Positions 14,101 through 25,288 of a stretch of 64,000 nt of DNA are shown here, one piece after another (the first letter of the stretch is position 1; every line of letters starts with the position of its first letter). A program made the position numbers and the translations under genes. The notes below the pieces were generated by a model. That model had not been told where the DNA came from, searched no databases, and saw nothing but the letters and a program-made list of their open reading frames with translations. This DNA comes from Ylistrum balloti (lineage: Eukaryota), in the NCBI RefSeq assembly GCF_031769215.1, contig NW_026782064.1, positions 1,426,001 to 1,490,000 of the forward strand, read 5' to 3'.

Positions 14101-14844
14101 CTTAATTTGCACAGCTTTGCTTAAGGAACAAGAATTGGAAACAACCCACACTGCCAGTTGGTAGCTTATTATGCCTTCAGGGTTTGAAATGAAGATGTCA
14201 TTTACTGGTTAAATAAGCAATGCATATTTTATATATAGCCATCATGTTGAGAGGTATGTCCAGATCTGTCCAATCAATGGACTTGATATTTAAATCTAAC
14301 ATTTAAATTGAGGGATTTTTTATCTGTTTCTGATTAAAAGAAAAAAAGTATCTCTAGCAATGAAGAGAGGTTGATTTAATGTTGTTTTTACCTCCACTAG
14401 AAGTTAAAAGACATTTCCTAATTGAATGTATGTCATTTCATTCATTACACATGATCTTCCATTTAATCCCTTGGAGTTTTTTTTTATGCCCTGGCATGAT
14501 TAAGGTCAGGTTCCCGATTTCTGTAAAACATGTAATGTTTCGTGACGTTTGATATAGTCTAGTCCATAGATTCCAATTTACCAAGATTTCACACATGTTT
14601 CTGACTCCAGTAAAATCCATTTACTTGAAACTGTCTCCAAACTTAACGTAGCGGATGACTCATTCCCGGATGTCACTATTTTTCCTGAATCAGCATATTT
14701 TGCAAGATGCAATGCCAAGTGTGTGCCGTTCTCACACAGAGATAAACTTCGCCTAGAATTGAACAGTTTTGTTACCTGTCACTACTGTTGTGGATTACAT
14801 GGGAGGAAGTTGCTTGATGAAGTTGTTAAGCAGACCAAAATCTT

Positions 14845-15000
14845 ATGTGTCTTTTGAGTGGTAATTTCAATAAGTCTAAATGAAGCAGTAATTTTTATGT
14901 GTCTTTTTTAGTGGTAATTTCAATAGTCAGTCTAAATGAAGCAGTAATTTTTATGTGTCTTTTCAGTGGTAATTTTAACACTCAGTTTAAATGAAGCAAT
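14845..15000. repeat. Diverged tandem repeat of about 60 bp, about 3 copies
   Basis: TTATGTGTCTTTT.AGTGGTAATTT...AGTCTAAATGAAGCAG recurs three times. Confidence 0.75.
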
Positions 15001-17892
15001 GTTAACAATATATAATATCAACAGGATTTTATTATTGAATGTGCTTGCAATACAGTAGCATCACCAAAATTGTATTTTAAAGAGAATCCTGGAGACAAAA
15101 AAGATTGCTGGGCAATGGTGATTTTAGTGAGCCCTTAAACACAGAACTATTCCAACATCATTCTCATTCATCAAGACAGTTACAGCATAGAGATGGCCCC
15201 CAGTTGATCAATGCTGGTCAGCTTCAGAAATATTCCCAACAAGACAAATTTCACTGTTATTCTATCAAAAAGACTTTATTTGAGGGGGGTGTATTTTTTT
15301 CTATCAAAATCAAGCATTGAAACTGACTTATAGTAAAAAATTGTCTACTAAAGACAAACAGTTTCCCTTTGTTAGTTGTTAACTTGACCAACCCCGTGAG
15401 TTTTCTATAAAAACACTCAATGGACACCATCATTCTCACAGCAATGAACGGAAACAGACATGTCTCTATTGATTCTTAGAATAGCCAGTTTTTCATTAGC
15501 AGTCCTTTCTTCTTGTTTATCATATTGATTTCTTCTTTCCATTAATCTAGCTGACTGGCTGTTCTAGAGGTCATCTAGATGGGTGTGATGGTTACAAAAG
15601 CAGGCCAATCAAACTGTTCAGGTTGCTAGGTGCATATAGAAAGGGGGTATAAGGGCACACCACTCCGAGATTCTGAAGAGAGATGGACCTACATAGAAAT
15701 GATAGTCCCTGGGATGATCTATAGAGACCTTTATTGTGTTTATAATGAAAATATGGGAACAGGGCCTAACTACTGAGAGAAATTACTCCATGATTCATAA
15801 TGATAACCCCTAAAATGGATAGACAGTTTTGTTGCTATGGTGTTAATGTGTGTCTGAATCATTAGTGATCATGCAATGTGTTTGGAAATTTCCATAGACT
15901 GTATTTCATACATTTGTTGGATTGTGATAAAAAACTGTGCAATCTGATCTTAAGTTAATGAAGGTAATCAAGCTTAAGGCTTATACACACACACACAGAC
16001 ACACACACATATATTTATATATAGAGAGAGGGGTGGGGGAGAGAGAGCTAAGGTCAGGGTTATCAAAGTCAAAATTAGGTAAAAATTATCAGGCTCAAGG
16101 TAAGACTTTAAAATGTTTATGTTTTCTACTACTCAAAAGTTTCAGGTAAAGAAATCTATGTCATAATCATCCTTTTTATCATCAAGAAATTGCAAGATGT
16201 ATTAGTGAGAAAAGTGATAAGATAAGGAGATATTCAGCTTTATGACGGTTGATATAATTTCAAATTTACTGCATTACCTTGTGTTTAGCTCAAATATTAC
16301 AGAAAAACAATCATTATATTTGTATTCATAAAAATTTTCTCAGAGTTACTTTGTAATGTAACTAAAAATACATGTGAGAAGTTTGTTAACTTCTATTGTC
16401 AAATATATATTCACACTTATACATTCAACAGAGTGTAGTGATCGTATATAAATATTAAAATTGGATCCAACTTAGTACGTTCTGCAGGAGTGGTTCAGTG
16501 ATAATCACATTGAAAATCTACAAAGTTATTGAAATCATTGGTATTGTATGGATCAAACCATTCAACTCCCTAAACATTGTGACAATATTGAATTACTTTT
16601 GGTGTAGTAAATGAAATTTTAAATTCTATGTATAATCATAATGGCTGTTTTGACACCTGGTTACAAAACTGTAAACATGTAAAAGAATATATACTTTTTT
16701 GATTGACCAGTGTTGCGTGTATACCTACCATAACTTTTTAAAAGTAACATGCAAACATTGAGCTTCACTGCTGTAACATGACAATGTTATGATTTTGTTA
16801 TAAATATTGTATTGGTAAAGTTCACGCATTACAGGCTGTTATAGAACGGATGAAGCTTGGGTAGCAGGAGGCTGCTGTGTATCATATCACAAGGCATTAA
16901 AGTCACTTATAACTGAACCTTGATGCCAACAAACTACCTTGTCTTTAAGTAAGATTCTGCTTAAATAATGAATATTAGTTAAGAAATATTAGTTTATTCA
17001 AGTAAGTTTAATTTTAAATTATACTTGAATTTAAAAGTATTAAACAACATAAACGATGATTCCAAGCATTTGTCGTTTTAGAAGTATAAAACATGTTTTC
17101 TAAGAGTCCCTATAACATACCATTTTATTGTTGTATTTTGTTTTAATTATTTCATTTCATGCTTATGCTGATTTGTTTGTGCGAGGCCAGTGACAAAAGC
17201 TTACCAAGTCAGACAATAACAAGTACCTTCGTGAAACAACTTGTGTTTCTGTGTGCATTTTGTAGATTTTCTTATATAAATGTAAGACTTGTTTTGATGA
17301 ATAATGTTCATGTCGCCTTATTAAAACTAAAGCAAAGTAAATGGTGCGTGGTCACGTTGTTGATCATAGCTGATATTCAGGTGAAGGTCGTTTGGAACAC
17401 ACCCCCGTTTTCCACCAATGAAATATCACCTTTGGGCAAACCCATTTTTTAACCAATCAACGTCGTGCTTTGAACATCAGCTGTTCGTAGACAAACACGC
17501 GTTTTTTAAAACGTGATACTGTCGATTAGAATAATCGAGATATTTTGAAAATTATTTTCAAATCACATTTTTTGGAGTAGATAGATAATGTTTCTTAGTC
17601 AACAACTAAATGACAAACGACTGAATTATGAATTAGAACACAATCTTTTCGAATTCAGTTTAATTTTGAGACAGCCCCAGTTTCATGCACTTTATTTATA
17701 GATATGAACTTGGTAGTGTCCGTTATAGCGATGGAAAATATCTGATGAATTGTTCATTTTGGTATTTAATATGGTATGATCTCCATCAAATTTGTATTGA
17801 ATTGAGTTGTTTTATAAGTGCTGTTAGAAACAATTTGCCGTCAAGCTGTGTATAAGAAATTTTAATTGACGAACCGGCGTTTATCTGTCCGT

Positions 17893-17954
17893 GGAAAAAT
17901 CCCATTCGTCGTGTCAATCAATTGGGCACGTGACTTTAGATGAAATGTGATTGG
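17893..17954 (+). promoter_or_regulatory. Proximal (internal) sestrin promoter motif cluster
   Basis: GGAAAAATCCC (Rel/NF-kB-like) 17893-17903, ATTGG (reverse CCAAT) at 17921 and 17950, CACGTGAC E-box 17927-17934. Lies in a CpG-retaining patch about 170 bp upstream of ATG 18121. Confidence 0.55.
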
Positions 17955-18120
17955 TTGTTAGAAGAAGCTCCTCCCGATGACTTCATCTTGCATGTATTAG
18001 CATACATTGACTGAGTTACTAGCCGCTACCTCAGCTGTTCAGAGTAACGAGTAGAGTTATAACGGAGAGGTTGTGTTGCACACTGAGGGAAATGTTTATT
18101 ATGTAAAACCCTGTTCGGTG

Positions 18121-18276
18121 ATGTTGGATTTTGCAAATACTTCAAACTCGTTGGAGCTTAAAGCTGCAGATTTGGATAAGATAAACGGAAACAATAATAG
18201 TGCATCTGTTATCTTGAGTTGTCAAATGTGCGATATTGCACCTAGAAAGGATGGACAAACAGTTCAAGCGGAAAAG
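18121..18276 (+). CDS. SESN: Sestrin alternative first coding exon (52 aa, MLDFANTS...SCQMCDIAPRKDGQTVQAEK)
   Basis: ATG at 18121, open to the donor GAAAAG|GTAG at 18277 (phase 0). Joined to the downstream exons it gives a 483-aa sestrin, the usual family size. Confidence 0.7.
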
Positions 18277-18768
18277 GTAGCGTTTTATATATTTACTTTG
18301 AGGAAAGCATGATTTTGTTATTATTAATTAATATATCACTGTAGCAATGAAGTATGAAATAAACAGAAATGTTTAGTCTTGAAGATATTATTCTTTTCAC
18401 GTTATTCTCGTTGCACTTGTCTTTGCACTTTGTAGAACGAAAAATTGCAGCAAAGTCATAAAGTATTTTCCATAATTTTGCTGTCAGATCATTCTTATTA
18501 TTATCATGGCAATGCTTACGCTGTTGTTGTTTGTAAGTTACCAAATTGTGTTTGCTGAAAGTTGGTGATGATTGATACCCTAGAAATGCATCCGACCAGG
18601 GCTTGTATTTTGGTTTTGAAATGTTCCCTCTGTAAAAGATACTATCCGTTAGGTGTCGCTTCTATCTTCGCAAGGTCAGCTGGAAAAATCAGCTGTTTAT
18701 GAACTAGACAAAGGAGCGTCAATCTTACTTGACAGGACTTGAAATTTGACAGTTAAGATAGACAAAAG

Positions 18769-18813
18769 ATGGTTATGAAAAACTCTATAGATGTTCCTAA
18801 GTTGCAGCAAGCA
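18769..18813 (+). CDS. SESN: Candidate second alternative first coding exon (MVMKNSIDVPKLQQA)
   Basis: ATG at 18769, open for 15 codons to a consensus GTAAGT donor at 18814, phase 0 and compatible with acceptor 18997. Confidence 0.4.
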
Positions 18814-18996
18814 GTAAGTTTATTTTATGTTTCACATATGTCAACATTTGGCTAATGTAATTAATATTGAAATTGCTTCTCTAAGAAAGTTTCCGACCAC
18901 AGGGAGGAGAAAATGAAGATGACAGCTTCCTCTTATCTTATTCAGTTTTGTGCAGAATCGTTAGGTATTTACGTATGCATTCCTTTTATTTTGCAG

Positions 18997-19026
18997 ATAA
19001 TACCAGCAAGCTCAAAAGATACAGAG
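18997..19026 (+). CDS. SESN: Sestrin 30-nt micro-exon IIPASSKDTE
   Basis: Acceptor TTTTGCAG ends 18996, donor GTATGT at 19027, phase 0/0. Matches the segment after FIPEKE in vertebrate sestrins (ILQVGSEDAQ / VVQANTVDER, recalled). Confidence 0.8.
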
Positions 19027-20496
19027 GTATGTATGTAAATTCTGTTAATTTGTGGGATTGATCAGGAATGTTGAGTTACTAAAATAATACTAAAAAAGAA
19101 CAGGAATCGGACGTTCTGTATGTGAAATAAAGTTACTGTGCTTCTAAAAATAATAGGAATCATATGCATAACATGATACCTGTTATTATAGTAGTATTAA
19201 AACTCAAATTCACATACAAGTAATTCCTGTGCTGAAATTAATACTCAGCCTCCTTTTTTACACAGTTTTAAGAAAAATTATTGTGGTCAAGAGCTCTAAA
19301 CCTTGCAGTTGGAACAATTTGGGAAAGCTGACAGAAAATTTTTGGAATGCTAACATAATTTCGATTTTGAGCAATTTCTGAATATTTATTTACGTGCTTT
19401 TTTAAACTCCTAACCCAATATAAGGATTGAGTTGCTGTATCTCAGAAATATAAAGGATACTGAACTTTATTTCCTGCATAGCCAATTGCAATTAAGTATG
19501 ACTTAAATCGTAGCAAAAAAAATTTGATTTGGATGTTGCAAATTTTGGAGGCTGAGAGATTAGATTTTCACAACTTTTTCAGTCAAAAAATATTTTCTTA
19601 TTGTCCTTTTCATTATTAAAATGGCAGAAATATTAGGGAATAAGTATATAAACTAGCTTTATATTACTATAAAAGGCATTACCAATAAAATTATCATCTT
19701 ATTTCAAAAGAAATTTGAAATGATCAGAGTATCTTAACATTAAGCTCACTTGTTAGAAATTACCCATTTTTCATTTAAAAAAAAGCTTCATACATTTGCT
19801 AAGCACCTTTTTGTGTCGAGGTTTGAACAAAAACTTGCAGTGAAAAGTGCAAAGTCAATGTAAAGTGAAATAGGAGTGCTTTCAGATTAAAAATTCAATG
19901 GGAAGTGAAATTGTTTGGCCTGTGACTGCATTGCTGTAAACAAGATGATGAAATATTTGTATAAAAAACCAGTCATGCTTGAAAAGTCGCACAGGAAGAA
20001 ATATAACAAGTAGTTCCTTTTTTGTACCATAGGATAGGCTATAGACTGACGACACTAGTGGCATGATGCAATATATTCCTATGTCTTGTGTACATACATA
20101 CAAACAACAGGGTCTGCTCTGTGCTGATGCAATAGTAGTGTTGGTAGATATACAGTGTAGTGTAGGCTAACAACCAGTTCATTAGCACTGCCTTGGTTGA
20201 AGTAAGGATATGGACGTCTGTGGTAGTGTACTTTACTGTAGTTGTTAGTGATATGTAAACAGTGGACAGGTTATTTTATTTGAAAGAAGTGTTTTAAAAT
20301 GACACAGTTGGAACATTTACTGAAAATATTAGGTGTGAAATATTCAGAGAAAATGGGATTGCCTAAACTTATGGAGGTAAATATTGTATATTTTCAAACA
20401 AATTTTCACCTGATCATCATCTTGAATTGAACGAGCTATATTAACATACAAGATTTTATTACTTTAATCACAAAACATTTACTTTTTGTCTTTTAG

Positions 20497-20667
20497 ACAC
20501 AGGCCCTGTTTGTGGATGCTTTCCTACAGAATAACCGGCTGGATCATGTCGTTCAGCTCATGGGTTATCATCCACAATACTTAGAATGTTTTCTGAGGAC
20601 ACAACAGTATCTGATGAAAGGAGATGGGGCCCTACCATTCCATTATCGGCATTACATTGCGATCATG
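20497..20667 (+). CDS. SESN: Sestrin exon TQALFVDAF...RHYIAIM
   Basis: TTTTAG acceptor, GTATGT donor, 171 nt; contains the hallmark [32 protein letters not shown]. Confidence 0.95.
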
Positions 20668-20932
20668 GTATGTTATCAAACATCAACAGCTTTCTTTTTA
20701 GTGTTTTTTGGTAAAAATCAAATATATGTAAAGAAAATTACAAACTGGTACAAAATATTAATAGATGTGGTCATTTAATTTGTAGTTTTGGTTTTGAAAA
20801 ATGTAATTGATAGATTTTTTTTAATTTGGTAAAAAGAAAGATTTGTTGTTGCATATATTTTCAGAAAGTATTGTAAGATTTTGTTTCTGCTCTTTCTCAG
20901 ACATTAAATTTTTTTTCTTTTTCAATTTACAG

Positions 20933-21115
20933 GCTGCCAGCAGGCACATGTGTACCTATCTGGTTCATCTCCATGAACAGGAATTCATTCTGCAAGGTGG
21001 AGATCCCGAATGGTTGAAGGGAACAAGCCATGTTCCCAAAAAACTAAGGGATTTGAATGAACTCAACAAATTACTGGCACATCGGCCTTGGTTGATATGC
21101 AAGTCACATATTGAG
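20933..21115 (+). CDS. SESN: Sestrin exon AASRHMCTYLVHLH...LAHRPWLICKSHIE
   Basis: TTTACAG acceptor, GTATGT donor, 183 nt; carries the catalytic Cys, Tyr and His equivalent to SESN2 C125/Y127/H132. Confidence 0.97.
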
Positions 21116-21379
21116 GTATGTATTAGTGTACAGCTGTCTCTTGACCACATAACATCCATCATTAAACTTGTCCATGGTTATAACAAGTTCTATCTGGTTT
21201 AAATGTTCTGATGAAAGCGAAAAAAATAAATTGAAGGTGAATAATTTGTTAATTATAGTAGAATAAATATTTCAGGATGATATCCATAATTTATGATAGA
21301 TTTGTTACTATGAGAACTGAACATTTTGCACTTTATAATTAAGAAAGTTAACTGATTAAGAATTATACTTGATTTTCAG

Positions 21380-21607
21380 AAACTCGCAAGATCAACCAAC
21401 TCCAAAGACAATTGGTCTATAAGTGAATTGGTGCAAGCTTTGATTCTCATGGCACACTTCCATTCACTTTGTTCCTTTGTTTATGGGTGTGGGATCAAAT
21501 CCGAGATTGACCACAATGGTGGTTACACTTACAGACCTCAGTCCCCTGTAGAGAAAAATGCCAATGATTTTGATTCCTCAGACAGTTCTTCCACAAATGG
21601 GGATATC
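21380..21607 (+). CDS. SESN: Sestrin exon KLARSTNSKDNWSISELVQ...NGDI
   Basis: TTTTCAG acceptor, GTAAGT donor, 228 nt; contains the NWSxxELVQA..HFHSLCSFVYGCGI motif. Confidence 0.96.
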
Positions 21608-21804
21608 GTAAGTATGATTTGTCAAACTGAATACCATTTAATATTAATCCTACCAAACATTTTCTTCTAAGAAAGGACACTATCCAAATGAAAGTGGAAC
21701 TTTGATAAGTTATTAGAATATGAAATATTACAGAGTTTACATAATGGAATAGCTAATTTCATGATTTAACAAAGTTTTCATTCATGGATGGTTGTTTGCT
21801 TTAG

Positions 21805-21937
21805 AATTCTGAACCTGAAGTTGGTATAGAAGTTCTTATGGAAAGAATGAAGAAATTAGTTGAAGAAGGTGAAGAGGAAACAACGCAAGAGGAAAGAGTT
21901 AAAAGATTTGAGAAGGTGGAAAGTCAGAGTGTTGAAA
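21805..21937 (+). CDS. SESN: Sestrin exon NSEPEVGIEVLMERMKKL...RFEKVESQSVE
   Basis: TTTAG acceptor, GTAAGT donor at 21938, 133 nt ending in phase 1; matches the sestrin linker EALMERMKxL..EExSQEE...RFE. Too short for the ORF track. Confidence 0.92.
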
Positions 21938-22299
21938 GTAAGTACTGTAGTGTGTAATTGATAATGATTAGATGTCAGAGCAGTGATTGATAAAACATTA
22001 GCTATAACATTATTGATCATCTCTGTAGTGTGCTGTGTGACAGTGATCCTGTCCTATTGATATGTGTCTTACATCCATGCATTGATTAATTCTGAAAGTC
22101 ATGGTACTGCAAACAACTTTTGTATAATCCTCCTTACAAAGCTTCTCCAAACTTAAGATGATGTAGCTGTTCAGTATCAACAGCATTTCTCCTATTACAG
22201 GTTTTTATTACAAGTTGTACCATGATGTACCCACAGACACTTCTGATGGGACAAAATACAAATTAAATATTACATTGGTGACTGTTTCTTTTTACTCAG

Positions 22300-22537
22300 T
22301 TGCTGCTAACACTGTGCGGCCATCACCAAAGGCTGAAGTCTTGAAATATGTTGATGAAGCTGAATACTGTTACCAAGATTTCGCCAAACGAGACTCTGTT
22401 GAAGACATACCTACCTTTAGAGCTACTGATTACAGTTGGGAAGATCATGGGTTCTCATTATCCAATAGATTGTATATGGACATTGGTAATCACTTAGAGG
22501 ACAAATTCTCCGTAGCAACCAACATGACTTACTACAC
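22300..22537 (+). CDS. SESN: Sestrin exon IAANTVRP...PTFRATDYSWEDHGFSL...NMTYY
   Basis: TTTACTCAG acceptor, GTAAGT donor at 22538, 238 nt, phase 1 to 2. Confidence 0.96.
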
Positions 22538-22692
22538 GTAAGTATATCTATTCATTCTTTTTTATTTTCCATGTAAAAAAAAGTTGAATTAAATTAATGT
22601 CCTCATAAAAACCTCACTTACATGACACTATTAAAGCATGTTTGAAAATTTGTATGGATTAAATTTTGACACAACTATTGATGCATTTACAG

Positions 22693-22918
22693 AATGGGAG
22701 AAATACGTGATGTGGACACCACTGCATTCCGTCGCGCTATCTGGAGTTACATTCACTGTTTATATGGTATCATGCATGATGATTACAACTACGGTCAGGT
22801 GAATCAGCTGCTAGAAAGAAATCTGAAGGCTTACATAAAGACAATGACGTGTTATCCAGAAAGATTGACTCGCAAAGATTACGATAATGTCATGAGGGAA
22901 TTTAAACATTCAGAAAAG
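22693..22918 (+). CDS. SESN: Sestrin exon [18 protein letters not shown]...HDDYNYG...FKHSEK
   Basis: TTTACAG acceptor, GTAAGT donor at 22919, 226 nt, phase 2 to 0; contains the GATOR2-binding DD motif and leucine-pocket residues. Confidence 0.97.
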
Positions 22919-23127
22919 GTAAGTGTAGTTCTAGAAATGCTTTTTTATTTGAGTGTTCTAAAACTTTCATGGTAGTTTTAAAATGTTCACAACTGAATTA
23001 ATACAAAAAAGCTATAGAGGGTAATGTAAATAGATTACATCAGAGTATCTGTTTCATTTGTTTAACTTGATCATGTAATTTATTTCTGATTTCAAAGAAA
23101 GATACATTTTTTTTTCTCATTTCACAG

Positions 23128-23214
23128 GTGCATGTGAATCTGATGTTGCTAGAGGCACGGTTTCAGGCAGAACTCCTATATGCATTGAGGGGTGTGATGC
23201 AATTTATGACGTGA
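23128..23214 (+). CDS. SESN: Sestrin last coding exon VHVNLMLLEARFQAELLYALRGVMQFMT*
   Basis: TTCACAG acceptor, TGA at 23212-23214; canonical sestrin C-terminus VHVNLLLxEARMQAELLYALRAIT. Confidence 0.97.
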   Translation: MHVNLMLLEARFQAELLYALRGVMQFMT

Positions 23215-24893
23215 TGTAAAGACTTTTTTCAGAACTAAAACAACAGAAAAGTGTGGTGAGAGGCAATCCTCATTGAAGTACTGTGATTGGATATGGATAA
23301 GCAATTAACCTTCTTTGGTTGCAGAAAGCCTTTCCTGATTGAACGAAGACTGATAGTGGTGCATGCACTACTGGTGATGCATCAAGTAGTTCAGTTCAAT
23401 GTGTCTGTGATAATGTCTTTCATTTTAACAAAATAAAAAACTTATGGTGGCGAGATTTATGGACATCAACTACTAAATATCTGTGACATAATAGTTGTGG
23501 GATGTATGAATACATTGTAAATGTGTTTTATGTTGTGTTAGAAAGTAGTCCATTGTTTTAAAAGCAGTAGATGAGATCTACTTGTTGTGATTAGAACAGA
23601 GAGTTGAGAACGATTTACACAGTTTCTGTGTATGGTGAGAAAGAGGAGGAAGATAGCGTTGACAGATCATATCTGTAGTGAACAAGTTCATTATGTATTC
23701 ATATAAACATGTTGGATGTGCAATTTATAGACTGAGAGAGATGCTATAAGCATCAATCCAAGGAGATTATAGAGTTATAAGGAACCCTTGTCATGACTTA
23801 CATATGGTTGCACAAATGGGGGTTCTGGTGAGTAAACACCCAGAGTGTGGCCAAAATGTGGTGAGCCATTTCGGGCAAGAACTCCAAATGTCTTTCAATA
23901 GGTGCTGCAGACCTAAGTTACATTGTAAACTGCTTAAAGCTATACTCATTTTGTTATATATATATATAATACTTTGATTACTTTCATAGTCTCCACATTG
24001 TCTTATTTCTATACAAATCACTGTTTATCAAGACACTTCTGAAAACCAAAGTCTCCTATAATTGTTGACAGCATTACTGGTAACTGTAGGTTACTGTTAT
24101 GGTGCAAGTTTGTTTGTTTCCTAACAATACATTCCACAGTGTTGTGTGAATTATCCTGCCTCGTACAAATAATGTTTCCTAGTCATGTTGACATTTCTGT
24201 GTATCTGTCCTTGGCTGAGTATGTCACTTTATGCAATATTCAAGTGTACCATAGCTATATATTGGTGAAACGACACCAAGATTTTATCTAAATTTGAAAA
24301 GAGTTTAGCGAGACCTGATTGAACAAAAAATTAAGTTTTGAAATTTATTATAAGTTCCCCCTAAGCTTCCCATCACTGTTGATGATCTGGCTGTTCAGTT
24401 CTTCAGGAGATGGACGTGTCCCAGAAAAGCAGCCAATTCACTGACCTCACAAGTTTATCTTGGGAGTGTAGTCAGGATTGATATGGTAGACTTGTGAAAA
24501 CGGGTACAATAAGTTTTTTTAAATATTTATTTCAAAATCAAAATATTAAACTTTTTCCAAAACCTAGAGGTTAGTCAAAAGACGTAGTGCTACAATCAAA
24601 AATACAAAATTTGTGTTGTATTTAGATTTTCTTCATTTGATGTGCTGTGTTGTTACAAATACAGCTGTGTTTTCCAGGTTCTTAACACACATTATTCTTA
24701 ATAGCTGCTGATAAGTGATATAGTTAATGATATAGGGCAAACAAATGTAAATAAGCATATATGTGTATAAGGTCTCATTTTACATACATACCAATATGTA
24801 GTTATGTCTGTTATATATAATACATGGCTTGCCTTGTAACTTGTTAGTATTATTTATATAAATATTATAGATAGTGTTTAAAACCTCCAACTT

Positions 24894-25288
24894 ACCAAAA
24901 CCTGAGTGGGTATCCCAAGATCAGGTTGGATGGGTTACCTAAACCTGAGTGGGTATCCCAAGATCAGGTTGGGTTACTAACATCTGAGTGATTGTCCAAA
25001 GATCAGGTTGGGTTACCAAAACCTGAGTGGGTATCCCAAGATCAGGTTGGGTTTCCCAATACCAGGTCGGGTTACCAAAACCTGAGTGGGTATCCCAAGA
25101 TCAGGTTGGGTTTCCCAATACCAGGTCGGGTTACCAAAACCTGAGTGGGTATCCCTAGATCAGGTTGGGTTACCAAATCCTGAGTGGGTATCCCAAGATC
25201 AGGTCGGGTTACCAAAACCTGAGTGGGTATCCCAAGATCAGGTCGGGTTACCAAAACCTGAGTGGGTATCCCAATACCAGGTTTGGTT
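24894..25288. repeat. 39-bp self-complementary minisatellite with 21-bp variant units
   Basis: Unit ACCAAAACCTGAGTGGGTATCCCAAGATCAGGTTGGGTT; AACCTGA/TCAGGTT and TGGG/CCCA are inverted pairs. Confidence 0.9.

Noticed and set aside
6021-17098. p53 half-sites (AGACATGTCT at 6021 and 15456, AAACATGTTT at 17089)
   Set aside because: Sestrins are p53 targets, but each site is a lone decamer with no adjacent second half-site.
6364-20261. FoxO motifs GTAAACA (6364, 16671, 19936, 20255)
   Set aside because: About one per 4-5 kb is roughly what chance gives at this AT content, and they are not clustered.
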